Part shown: positions 13,229-26,049 of the stretch, in pieces
How positions within the stretch are numbered: the stretch's first letter is position 1
Layout of the letters: each line of letters starts with the position of its first letter
NCBI GenBank assembly: GCA_002633005.1
Contig: NMRA01000002.1
Coordinates: forward strand, 698,044-762,043
DNA from: Phoronis australis
Taxonomy: Eukaryota > Animalia > Phoronida
Direction: 5' to 3'
DNA length: 64,000 nt
The notes under the pieces: generated by a model
The model's input: only the letters and a program-made list of their open reading frames with translations
The model's database searches: none
Told to the model about the DNA's origin: nothing
Position numbers and translations under genes: made by a program

Positions 13229-13651
13229 TTTGGTGGACAGGCGTTCAGCGCCACCTACAGTTCACATATAATGTGAACGGGAGGTGTCCACCTTCTGGTA
13301 AGCACAATCTTTCAACACATTTCCCGCTAACAAAGTGTCGGCAAATTTCCTCTGCTGTGCGGTGGGATGTACCAGTGGCTTGCGGAAAAAAGCAAATCTC
13401 CTGAAATGTCCACGGATGAAGGACATCATGTTCCGTACAGTGCACATTGTGAAGAAGAATCAACGTCTGCGAAGTCAGTCGGACTGCGACTGATGAAGTG
13501 CGAAAATTTTGGTCCCATTCGATGTCGAAAAGCTAAACTAGATTACTTAACTTAACCTTATCAAACAATCACAGCGGCTGACTGTGAGATTTATTCCTTT
13601 GCTTTAAAATTAATTAGCTACTGTGTAGTAATTGAATGTCTGTCCACCGAA
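13229..13651 (-). mobile_element. Inverted-repeat element carrying a THAP remnant
   Basis: Inverted repeats tttggtggacaggcgttca (13229-13247) / tgaatgtctgtccaccgaa (13633-13651). Minus-strand frames give QCALYGT, RFAFFRKP and EICRHFVSGK. Confidence 0.5.
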
Positions 13652-14277
13652 TCTGAATCCGGATCCAGCGGAAGTCGCCTTTGCGCTCTCAAAATTTTAG
13701 AGAGCGCCAAAATGAAATGGCCGCCAAAGTGACGCTATGGATGCAAACGTGTTTTGAGGTCATGGTCGAAAGGTTTAGTTGATATATTTGTCAAAGTGCC
13801 GCTTCAATAAAACTATACACTGCGCAGAGTGAAAAATGATGTCATCTGAGCAGCAGTGACATCATTTCAGTTTCTTAATTTTTATTGCCTTAACTCAAAT
13901 TATAACTTCATGTCCCCTATCAGAAAAAATGTTGAATCTAGTTATAGCATAACTTGTGAAGCTGCTAAATGTGGCAAAAAGGCTGTACTCGACATTGGTT
14001 CCTATATTTATCCAGTCAACAATGCAAGCGAAGTAATTGAGTTAAGTCCGTTTGTCATGCAGACAACGCACCACTGGAGCAGACGATTAGAGTCACAGCA
14101 TGATAAGGCGGACGACAGCGAAGCTATACATGTAGATAGAAAACAACTTTGCATTTGAACATCTCATGTAATCACAGCACGTCATCGGTATGTAAACCTA
14201 GAATGACACATTCTATGAATACAATTCTCTATAAAGTGAGCCAAATTAGTTCAGCAGTCAAGACACTCTTAAATTGC

Positions 14278-14600
14278 ATGCACACGCGCGCACACATAGG
14301 GACATATGCACACGCACATGCAACCACGCACGCACACGCATATCTACAATCAGGCCTCAGTCTGAAGTCCTCGCATAAATGAGACACCATGTGAAACCAC
14401 CAAAACCATCTCCATCACCGCCACCACTATCATCGCCACCACCTCCACTACCATACTCACAACGACCACCACCACCGTCACCGTCACCATCATTTTCCTC
14501 GTCATCGTCTTCATAGTCATTGTCATTATCATCATTATTTTTGTGGTATTGATGATTATAATTAATGTTATTATAATTTTATTACATTATCATTATTATT
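14278..14600. repeat. Compound microsatellite: (CA/CACG)n, then (CAC)n to (CAT)n to (TAT)n
   Basis: Directly visible low-complexity tracts. Confidence 0.9.
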
Positions 14601-14620
14601 CTATGGATGTCCAATTTATG

Positions 14621-15058
14621 ACATTTTATGCTTTGCATTCACAAATGAAAAAATACAAGAAATTTCCAGCTTATCGATCATCATGGCTGAAACCTTAATT
14701 AGTGTGATATCCCACCGCTAAATGTCGCTGGCCATAATATAGGGTTGTACATACGACTGAGCCTGCAACCACCATCGTCTCTGTTCATAGGATTACGCTG
14801 TTGTGAAATCTGTCGACAGAGAATCTAATGATTATGCAAGAAGACTCATGGAGGCGGTATGAATTTCACAAGTGCGTAATCACATGAACAGAGACGATGG
14901 TGCTTGCAGGGCTCAGTCATATGTACCGCAATAAATTATGCTCAGCGTCACCTAACGGCAGGACATCACACTGATAAAGGCTACAGCCATGATAACTGAG
15001 AAGGCGAAAATGTCTAGTAATTTTTTCAAATTATCTGTGGATGCAAAGCATGACATGT
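14621..15058. mobile_element. Foldback element or long-TIR MITE (arms about 185 bp, loop about 55 bp)
   Basis: Inner arms gactgagcctgcaaccaccatcgtctctgttcat..attacgc..ttgtgaaat vs atttcacaa..gcgtaat..atgaacagagacgatggtgcttgcagggctcagtc. Outer arms atgctttgcattcaca / tgtggatgcaaagcat. Confidence 0.9.
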
Positions 15059-16632
15059 ATTTAACTACTTATAATTATTAATAAAACTTTTGAATCCCTT
15101 CTAACCAGAATGTCACAGACTACTGCTGTTACACGACTTACTTAAAATTGTATTTCGCTCTGTTTAGCGGGCTCAAAAACAAAAATCAAATCCTGCCTTT
15201 CACTCTCATGAACATGTCTCATTATACATCTTTCCGTGACATAATTTTTTCCGTTACCAATAAAACATCGAAACCATCAGTGACTCAAGAAAACGCTTCA
15301 CAGTGTATTAAGGTTGCATGGCCAACCATATAATCACAATTTAATTCGGGAACGGCGCATGCCCGTATTATGCCTAATTTTAGTTTGTAACGGGAAATGG
15401 AATCCTATCACAATATCGAATAATATGATATACATGATATGAGAGTAAAAGACCGAATTCGTTTTTCGGTCTTTAGCTTGCTGAACATGGCGAAATGCAA
15501 CTTTAATTCTATTGTCAACCTCTCAGAACTGCAAGCACAAGGATGCACTTTCTGAAGCATTCGGTTTGTTTCAAAAAAGTCAATACAGCGAAGCAATCAG
15601 AAAGTGATAGCATCAGGGATGAGTTTGCAAATCTCACTCAAACAGTCAAAAGTACTCGAACGCCGTTGCTCGTTATCATCGATTGTTGAAAACACAAATC
15701 CTAACATTCTCTTGTTACATTATGCAAGCGCAGAAGCTCACGTGGCTGAGGTTGTGCATGCGGGAATAAGCGGTCCATTTTGCTCTTATTATGTAACTTC
15801 GTGAGAACTCATCACCAGAATAAAGGCATGTTGCAAACAAGCCTACCCAGTGTTCATGCGAGGAAAGAAAATAATTTTGCAAGTCAGTTGCATATGATAA
15901 CCAATGGCGCCTCTTAAAAGCAATAAATCATTTAACACACGATTTGACTTCGATTTTTCCACTTCATCGCAATTTCTTTCATTTTTCTACTTTAATCATC
16001 AGTTTTCACTATTTCATCACCTGTTTTTTTCATATAGTCTGTCTGTTATCTAGAGACACATGTTTAGAGAGTGGTCCCAAATATGTATTTTACATCATGG
16101 CAACGTAATAAACGATCCACACGATATGGCCATCTATATTTTACTGAAACATTACTACGCGGTACTTCACGGCATCGTAGACCACCTAAAGTGAGAGGAA
16201 ATTCACCACCTTATTTCAACGATAGAAAGCCACACAACAAAAGGGGAACGGACAGGAATGCTAAAGATCAAATTTCAGGTGATAATAAGACATCTAAGAA
16301 AACCAATGACGATCACCGATATGAAAAACCTCTGTTGAAAACAGTGTTCTCAAAACTGATAGCTGTATACTCAAATCTAATAATTAAGGCCGCATCCCGT
16401 AATTAAGGTATTAACTGAATTACAAGCAATATGCTAATTCAGAGTCGTCCAAATGAGATTATTCAGTTTGTTATGATAATCGTCTTTATTCAATAACATT
16501 CTCTCAGGTTGTTTAAATAAGATTTGTATGAAAGAAGGATTCCAATCAAGTTATGCTAAAGCAATTATTAGTCGTGAAACAAAGTTTTTGAACATCTTGA
16601 TAACAACTGTCGATGGTTGCACTTTGATTTTG

Positions 16633-16760
16633 CCGATTGGGTTGTAAGCCGGAAGTCGTCATCGAGAACCAGTCAGATTTCTTACCAGTTGACACTGGCG
16701 GAATCCGTGAAGCCAATCAAGTGCAGCACTTGTCGGGAAATGGCGAGAACAGGTTTGTCC
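16633..16760 (-). repeat. Dispersed repeat family B copy
   Basis: Reverse complement reads tctgactggttctcgatgacgacttccggcttac. Confidence 0.7.
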
Positions 16761-19700
16761 ATGAATTGTGGTTAAATTGTTCAATCATGTACGAGTAGAC
16801 TAGACTACTCAGTTTAGTGTCTCCAATACAAGTTGCCACGAATGAGCAGAATCACGAATTGAAAATTGTCAGACTTTCAAAAAAAAACAAAAAACACCCA
16901 GGTAGTCACCTTAGGTAGATTCGCACAAAAAGGAGCGAGTTCCTTATCTCAAGTCTAAGTTTGATTGTTAATGGCATCGTTTAGTAAATGCAACATGACG
17001 CGTGATGACGCGAAGAGTACTATCGCGGGTATTGTCTAGCCGACGGTGGTCGCAAATTGACTACTGGGGTGGTAAACTGACTGGCGATCGGGCAGACTTT
17101 GCAATGAACAGGTTTTGCAGAGAACGCACGGCACCCAAGTTCCCAGTGGCTACGCCAGTGGAATACATTGCATGGTGCCTCTATTGATAAAACCTCAGGT
17201 AGCGCTAATTGGGTCTAGCCGAAATCGAAGAGAACTAAATTTCCCCTTGAAACAATCAACGGACCACACTCGGTACACGGTGTGTACTTGGAAACCCTAG
17301 CTCGCCGCATGTAGGAAACAAAACAAATTAATTACCCAGGGACTTATTAAATCTTGCAGGCAACAAAGACATAAGGAAGTAAGCTCAACAGTTCTTCCTC
17401 GTTTCTGTAATGTCTCTTCAGGTAGCATTAGCACATGCGATGCCCTTGCGGTGAGTAATCTTCGCTTATGGTACGAAAACAGCAAATTCTATCCCATAAT
17501 GCAACATTACAACCTCACCAACCAACGACTACAGTGGCGGCCATCTTATTAGGGTATGCTAGTGAGCTTCCGATCATACTCGAGAAACACTCGCCTTTCA
17601 CTCGCGTGTTTTTGCCTGACATTGCACAACCTTGCTTTTTCGCCTGATCCTTGCGTCTAGGAAACGCAGCTCCGAACTGCGTATGGCCAGCAAGTCTTGG
17701 CACTGATCACGTTAGCTTTATGGGAACGCGGCCTTGATTACGGACAAACGGAAGTCAAATGATTGAGGAAAACATTTTGTTCACGGCAGACAAATTTTCC
17801 AGTCTCTACGAGCCTATAAAAAGGGGATTTCCCACAATTCGTTATTCCCAGCATGCGTAAGAGGAGCCTTAAAAATAGTCTGTTCTTGAGAGCTGTAAAG
17901 TAACGTCCCCTATTAGTTATAGAACGAATTACCATGGCGTCGTTCATGTTACTTCTCACGGTGTTGTGAATCTCTAGGCGGGTCGAGATAATTTTGATTA
18001 CGATCAAACCACGTCATTTATAAATGTGCTCCATGTAAGACATTTGATAATACACGAATGACTACGACGCAAAAGCACATACCACTGATTTGCCAGACTC
18101 GTTGCCATGCTTAAAAATTGGATTGGAAAAGACCCACTGACAAGGTAATTTGATTCTCACTACAGATTTATGTGTGCCTTTCACTTTTACGGTCTCCATG
18201 TCACTGGAGTTTCACATTAGTTCATACTATATACATGCTTGGAGAGACTGCTTTCGAAAATTTCGATCTAAAGTGTCTTCTGTCTGAAAAAGATAAATGC
18301 AAGATCTAGAACTGTATGTCATACACGACTCTATTATTTATTGCATATTTACATTAAACAAAGTTGCTCTAAAACAGCCAGGCTTAATGTGTTGGACTTT
18401 AATTTAGGAAATATAATGAAACCGAGGGTGTTCGAATGTTACCTAGATCACACTGTAAGTTAAAATACCTTAATACGACGTCGATTGATAAGGTGTTTTT
18501 GTGAACGTCTCGATAAACGTCAACAATGCGCAATTGTATTTTGTACACGTTGGCATGTACATAGATGAAGAAAAAAATTCGATTGTGCACTGTTCACAAC
18601 CTCTGTTGTCTCGATTTAGGCCGTCAGTTTTCCGGAGCATACTTAGTGTATTGCCAATGCCGTTGTGGAATGTAGACACTATGTATGCTTTTGGCAATTT
18701 GTTAGAGAAAATAAAACAAATACTTAATGTTCAGGTTATAGGTCCGTGCGATAAGTTTTCCGTGCCGTTTAGGACAGCGAAAAGGAATGTCTCTAGTGTC
18801 ATGCTAAAGACTGGGTCGACTTCAGACGTCTAATAGTGTCTAGCTAGAAAAGCAAGACATCGTTGTGTATTTTTAATGAGGGCAGGGGATTTTGGTTAGA
18901 TTGTTTCGCCCCATGACAGGTATTGAATTCAAACCTGATCCGAGGTTGATGAACCTGCAGTGACATCTTTCGGCGGCTCTTCAAATTAGTGGATATGCGG
19001 CTTCGTTGCCATCTAAACTTTAATAATCTCGAAATGCTCTTCTAAGTCACGCGAATCAATAACATTTTAATGGACTATAGTTATGTAAAAAAATAATGGA
19101 ATCGTTGTTTTCAATTTAGTCATTTTGGTAATTGTAGGGATTGAAAAAAATCGTTAAGTTTCTGATATGTCTCAATGGGATAGTCAGCTAAGGCTAGTCA
19201 TGTGCATTTGGCCTACTGTAGAGGGCGGTGTTGAAGGGACAGCCGGAGTTCTTTATTCTACCTTTGGCCCAGGAGTAGAAAAAAGAAACGCGTCTATCCC
19301 TTCAATACCGCCGTTATTTTGCGATTCAGCTCAGACTGTCTCGTTAAAATTTATAGCTCTCCTGCCTACGGCAGTGCGCTGAGCTTTAAACAAAGGTACA
19401 AAGTCAAGATGTCGAATTTCTTTTATTTTCGTGACTTAAACCACGCACAAAGTTCGTTATAGGGCGACGTGTCTCACCTGTGTTGTATTCTCGGTTCCTA
19501 TTACGGAATTAGTTCATTAGATGTTACATCCTCAAGCATATCCGAGACGAAAATCTTATGCAAAAATTGGAGAGCTTCTCACAGTAAAGCACACGAACAA
19601 CGTGCTTTCGACACATTGCCCTTTTTATAGACAGACAGATACGTCACATTCCTTGAATGGATAGTGGGATGCCAGTCATCCAAAGCAAAGTGAAATCAAC

Positions 19701-21474
19701 CAATGATAAAAGAGAACGTACTCCTCTAGGTTAGACAGATATTCCACAAGTCGCAAACTGTAGAAAGGATATTGGTTTTGTGCCTTCGCTTCATGACATT
19801 CGTTTATGACAAGGTGGAGTCAACATTTTCAAATATCCTTATTTATTTTCTCATTTTCAATAACGAGGCAGAAAATTAAGTTACCTTCTCAGTCTCAATA
19901 TTATAGAGGAGAAGCAGAGAATTCCTAGTCGCTAACTTATTCCTTTTGCCCCATGATTTTCGTCGCCGGCCCAGTCGCCACAATTTTAAACCCCACTTTT
20001 CGGTCATCATATTTGCCCCCGTCGACCATTTCGCTCAACAAGGGCAATTTTGACAACATTGGCTCCTGCGGATGCGAGGCGTGGCTGCTGGGGTGGATTA
20101 CGTAAAGACAAGAAAATAAAGAAAATACAAGGTTACACAAGACCTCGCAAAAACACGTTAGTGAAAAGTGAGTGTTTCATAAGTATGCTCGGGATGTTCA
20201 TGCATCCTCTAGCATAATGGCGGCCTGTCGAATGATTGGTCGCTGAGACTGGAATGTTGAATTATGGGATAGAATTCACTGTTTCCGTTGCATAAGCGAA
20301 CTTTTCTCGCAGTGAGTGTCTTGGGTATGCGGAATGCACCCCTGGTTGCTGCAGGTTTCTTAAGCTATAGCTTAACGTACAATGCCATCCTGGTGACATG
20401 ACAGCCCGGACACTGCTTACGATTTGATGACTACGATGATAAGAAACGCGTTCAAACATGAAGGCTTAAGCATGCATTTGATAACTTCTGATGTAAATAA
20501 TCGATGCGTCTCTAATGTAAGAGCCAAGACATGTAAATGAAAACCATCATTCATATGTCTGCATGTACTTTATGTGGCAAGGGATACAGTACAACAAAAT
20601 ATAAAATTCGATGTAAAAATATTAAGCTGTGCACTCTGATATTGGTTTTAGAGAGGTGATGTACTTGAGTTTAAGCTATGCGAAATTTGATGTTAAAACC
20701 TGTCAAAAACTTCACATTGAATCTTTCACGTAACGTCAGAAATTGTAATGGTTCAAAATCAATTTAGTGGTCTGACTCAACATGGAAAGACACAGTTTCG
20801 ATTTATTGTTGACATTTTGACATTTGATATTTTGGTCTTTGCCATCTACAGATCTTCAAATCAAAGTGGGGTCACCGAATGAGTTTTCCCATTACAACCG
20901 CCTAAGCAACTCTAGCAAAAGACGAAGTTTAAATGGGTTACTGAAAAACCACCTCTAATTAAACTAATGATAGAAATCCTTTTGAAAACGGATTAATTTC
21001 GTAGCATGTCAGTTTTATGTTGCAAGAGCTTTACATATATTTCCAGGTATACCGATTTTCTTGCATCGGCGTAAGTAAAAGTTCCTTCCGGAGTTTTCGT
21101 ACTTTTAGGGTACAAATTTTATCGTTTTGACTCCTAAACAAAACGTTACGCCGTTAATTTGTTTCTTTATTTTTCATTTTGATGCCCCTCGTATTTTCCA
21201 TGAAATAAAGAAAGGATTGGATAACGACTGACTGAGTTTTTGAGTTATATTAGGTCACACAAGAATGCGCTGTTTTCAAGATCACAAATGCTAACTAGAT
21301 GACGATTGGGATTTATGAGTGGGGGTGTGAAATAAGTTTTGTTATTGTCTACTCTTTGTTTTCCTATTCTCATGTTTAGTATGACGTCATGTTATGCGCT
21401 ATTATTAAACGTCATTATTAAACTCAACGCTAAGTCAGCTTTTTCAACTTGAACAATGTCCTAAACGTTACCTG

Positions 21475-22244
21475 TTGTCATTGTAAGGCCTGAATGAACC
21501 AAGACACACTGCCGAGTGGTGAAAGAAGTCTGCAGTTTATGCAAAAATATTACGCCATTTTATCAAGAGTACCTCTGCTGTAAAGTAATGTGATTTGAGA
21601 AATGTCAGGAGTGTACTGACTCTGTTCTTAGTTTAATTATTTTATTATTATCTTGTTCTGTTTGTGTACTGGCATGTAGTAATTGATTGACATTACCCCT
21701 GGGGTCAGGACAGTGATAATGTTATTTGTTTACCAAAGAATAGTGTGAAACTTTGTAAAATATTCTAACAGCAATCTGGCACAAAGTGGGCCTAGCATAT
21801 GTTTGTAGAAATATTGAGTAGATTCCGCAAAGTTCTTGAATGTGCTTGAATTGGTGAAAAGTTCTGGAACATTGTATGCGACTATACATACCCAGGAACG
21901 GGTTAGTTGAGTTAAAGTTAGAGTTGAAAATCAGTTGAAAGTTAGTTACACGAGAGTTACAGTTCAGTTGCAGTGGAGAGAATCAGAAGTTACAGCGATA
22001 GTCAATAGAGTGCCAGCTAGAGACAGCAGGTTGAATCAACGTGTGTAACAGTTGCTGGAAGTGTCTCAGAAGTTCATCACAAGTCAAGGCTTCGCAGCAC
22101 TGGCTGGAGCAAAGAACAGACATTACGTCGGACGTTTTGTTTAAATAGACTTGTGAACATATGGTCGAGATTAATAAAGCTACTAACTCGAACCAACCTT
22201 CACTCTATAGTCGCACCGAAAGCTATTTGCAGCGGTCGGTAACA
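21475..22244 (+). mobile_element. Probable solo LTR
   Basis: About 770 bp ending ...GGTAACA, flanked by ACCTG at 21470-21474 and 22245-22249. TATA-like TATACATA near 21883, an AG/GT-rich R-like tract, and AATAAA at 22173. The 5' end reads TTGT rather than a clean TG. Confidence 0.5.
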
Positions 22245-22570
22245 ACCTGCGCCCCTCCACACACAGAGAAAAACGTGACAAGACGTCAGAAGTTGACCAG
22301 TTGACCTAGTTTTTACATGTGCTATTTGGAAACAAGAGTAGTCTTCGAGGCTTCCATTTGGCGGAAGCGGAAACAGACGTAGTTCGTTTTTGAAAGTGGC
22401 CCTTTTAACGACAGCTTTTTTAGTCTGAGATTGCGAATTCTTGTGTAGCAAATTCGAATTGAGTAGGGGATGATTATGTTATAATCCAGGCAAGTTTTGA
22501 AACAACTGTGAAGGGAGAACATTCCAAATTTCTTTGAAAACCGTGAGCAAAGCCAGAAAATTGACTAGCA

Positions 22571-22725
22571 CTTCCGTGCGTTCAGTAGACGCTAGGACCT
22601 ACGCTAGGACCTAGCTAAAACCTAGTCAAAGTCACGTGTTCTCACTTAAAATACACGGCAATATCTCATGTAATCTCGCGAAGTCTTGCTTTTTGAGCGA
22701 GGTCCTAGCGTTACTGAATGGGAAG
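22571..22725 (+). mobile_element. MITE family A
   Basis: Imperfect TIRs cttcc...ttcagtagacgctaggacct / aggtcctagcgttactgaatgggaag. Copy at 1-96 and a diverged relative near 50520-50610. Confidence 0.8.
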
Positions 22726-25700
22726 CTGATTTCTGACGCTAGCAAAGTAGTAAGCCTTTCGACGAAACATTAGCCTCAGTTTCACGTCAGATTATATAAA
22801 ATATATAAAATGCTTCACGTGAACACGCCAGCGTACACCTTGGCTCTATATTCGTTAGACGCGTTTCAGTCGTAGCCAAAGTAAAACGGGATCAACGAAT
22901 GAGCAACGACGACGACGACGACAAAAACGAAAAATCTCTATGAAAATAGCCTTGAACATCATATTCTACTAACAAAGACTGAAGCAAAATACAAGATGAA
23001 GAAACACTCTTTGAGGGAGACTGAATTATCGATAACAAGTAGCACAGATGACGTTCAGACTAATCACTGTGACGTGATACCGACTCATTGGGAAATTTCA
23101 TGTTGTTGTCACAGGCGGATGGAGGTACAAGTGACATACTGGTTTATATTGATATCCGCGTACATTGTAAACATCAAAGAAAAGTCTTTATCGTGGTCTT
23201 TCAATGCGTAGTCCTTGTCTTTGCGTAGCCCGTGACAGACCGAAAAGCGTATAATGAGTTGCCACGTTAAGTCACCGACTTCGCCATGAACAGAACGGAT
23301 ACGTATACAAATCATAATACTGCAGTTTATTCGACTTGGGTTGAGTTTCGTAGACGACAATACATTTGCTTGCACATGCTCATTAAATTCTAACACTAAT
23401 AGAACGGAAACGCTGAATTCAATCTCTTGAATTAAACACTCCAACGTCACCGACCTATCATTTGGCCACGATTATGCTAGGGTAGGCTTGTAAGGTCCCG
23501 CCCATACTCGTGAAATGCTCGCTTTTCAGTTGCGTGATTTTACGAAATCTTTCGAGATCTTCCTTTTCTGGCGATAAGCTAGGTCTACGGAAGGCTTTTC
23601 AGGCCGACAGTGTCCAAATATATTCACTGCTGTGTAGAAATTTCTCTGTTTTTATCAAACGTATCCTTAAAAAGTGTAAAATACATTTTAAGTCCGACAA
23701 ATTTGCTGAATTGACCAAAAACAAGTTAAAAGTGGTAGCAATCTCCGTTAAATAACAAATCCGAGACACGTTTCCCTTGACTGAAATATCAAAACGAGTG
23801 TACACATTTGGAAATGAATCCACTCATCCGATAGTGAGAGAAATTTATCCTTGAAAAACTAATGGTCACCAAACTCTGAATTTCAGCTCGACATTTCGTA
23901 ATTTTTAAGGAAGATTCAGAAACTATATTGCCACGGTAGATGGATATAACAAGCAGTCTATTTTATGCAATTTGAATGACGCTCGCTGCCACTCGGGTTG
24001 CCAATTTAATCTACGACGTGTGTTTGTTTTTTTAAAATACACTGAAAAACCGTTTGCCCACTCGTAAATGTCGCGCAGCATCACAGAAAGCTTGATGACG
24101 TGTAAGCAATGCAACACAAAACAACAGTTGTCACTCGAGCGCACCATAGTCAGCAAATAATCTCATGTCAAAGTTTGGAGTTCACACACTCGTAAAACGA
24201 CTATGAAACTTAAATGTATTTCTCACAAAACGAATTCAAGTACATTTGGGTGGTTGACAGTACAAAGAATGTGATTTTCGAGTGACCTTGATTTCGTACA
24301 TTTGGAGAAAAGCAGACATTTCACCGAGATATTTCAATCAGTTTGATACATGCCTCGCGAAAAAGTATTAAGTACACCACACAAAAGTACAACTATCTCA
24401 CTCTATTGTAGTATTTATGGCCAGTGGGTGAGGCATCTACCATTTTTGTACATAAACAGCACGGTAGACTGAATTGATTCAGCACAGTCTGAGTTGATTT
24501 GAAGGAAAAACATACGTATGACATAAAATCAAGTTGGAATGTTCAATTTAAATCTCAGGTCACTCGTTTTAACTTGGAGGAACGTTGTTTTTTATCAACC
24601 CCTTTCAGATTTATGACGCTTGAAGAATAAATTAAGAACAGCTTCTATTTAAACATTTGCTGAACCCTTTTCACCGTCCAGTTGTATCGATTAATCATGT
24701 TCGTGTCACTACGCATGGCAGTCTAACCATTGTTGCTCCAGCGCTTGTAGAATTTTTCTTGTGATAAGGTGTAAGCTATTATATTCTTAATATTTGTCGA
24801 AACGATACGCTTGTGTTTCTTATCCCGTCTGTTGGAACTCTTTAACGTACTGAGCGGTCGCGTTAAGTCACCGGCGTGGGCTGTGATTGTGATGAATTGA
24901 TTGGCACCGGAGTTTTGCATGTTTACGTTTATAGGAAAACGTTATCTCCGTAAGCTGTTATGAACGTTATTACTTCGAGTGACCATGGACGCAAATGCCA
25001 CATGCTACGTGGTCAATCTGAATTGACATTTTCTAACACATCTTCGTCGGAATTTATCTCACAGAGCCGTGCAATCTTAATCAAACTGCCACACGGGATC
25101 TTTCGCTTCCTTAATTAATCTGTCGAATGTCTGGATATTGCTGTTCCTAGTGCCGAGTAAACGCAACTTTTCTCGTGCACATAGTGTTAATGTTACATGC
25201 GCATGACACTGGAAAACCATAAGGTCCCGATGAATCGACATTAGCATCATTTAGCGTGTTGTCATTTACACCGTGGCATAGTTGTTTAATGAGCAGCATT
25301 ATTTTGTTCGTGTGTGCATTCGCCACTGACTTATGACGAACGTTGGCAATGTATTGTGCCAGTGCTTGCTCCGTGTGTTAATTTAAAATTGTGGTATCGT
25401 GACGAGAACCGTTTTTTGTTTAGCCGCAGGACTGTGCTATGTTCGATGAGATCAACAATAACTGGTTGGATCTGTCAACTTGAATCACCCGTACGGAGGA
25501 AGACCAAAGACACTGAGAGACTAAACAATTCACAGGCTCATTATGCTATAATTTCTTTGGTAATGAGACTGCTAAACTGATTTTTTTCTTGACGACGTCA
25601 ACGCTGACGTAACGGATTGCTTAGACCACTGCCGATATCAATTCATTTGTGTTCGTCTGTTGTAGCGTCAACCAGCGCATTACGGGAAACCAGCCTTGAA

Positions 25701-25849
25701 ATGCCTTTAATTTAAGATTGCCGCCGTAGACTTATCGCAAACGTCTCCACCAACATGTTCCTTGGTGTGCCGAGGTTGAAGCCGAATGCCTATTGTAACT
25801 CTTTAAGGTCATTCGGCTCATACGAATCTGTTCTTGTCCTTCCGTCTAG

Positions 25850-26049
25850 CATGAAGACGATTGCTTTCACTCTCCCATCAAGCGCCGGAACAACGCCAAC
25901 CAGCCCTCGGCGTCAACTGGGCAAGCCCTTGGAGCATGGCTCATCGGCAGACCTCAGCGATTCTGGCGGCTCCCTGACGCCGAGCGAGCTAGGATCACCT
26001 GCCATCAGTATGGGCAAACTGGCGGATACTCCAACATCTTGCGGAACAG
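25850..26049 (+). CDS. SYT15: Synaptotagmin-15-like linker exon (SMKTIAFTLPSS...PTSCGT); alternatively starts at ATG 25755
   Basis: Strong acceptor tctgttcttgtccttccgtctAG|C and donor CAG|GTAAGT at 26049. Phase 1 joins in frame to exon 38298. IAFTLP parallels the vertebrate SYT15 VPFVVP linker motif. Confidence 0.8.

Noticed and set aside
14350-14535. Hydrophobic minus ORF as a transmembrane exon
   Set aside because: It is a microsatellite translation and lies on the wrong strand for the SYT15-like gene.
19937-20140. Minus-strand exon-like segment after a polypyrimidine tract
   Set aside because: No partner exons and no recognisable peptide.
20852-20882. Direct splice of exon 1 to the acceptor at 20852
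   Set aside because: The phase-2 join reads RSSNQSGVTE then TGA. It is viable only with an intervening phase-shifting exon.
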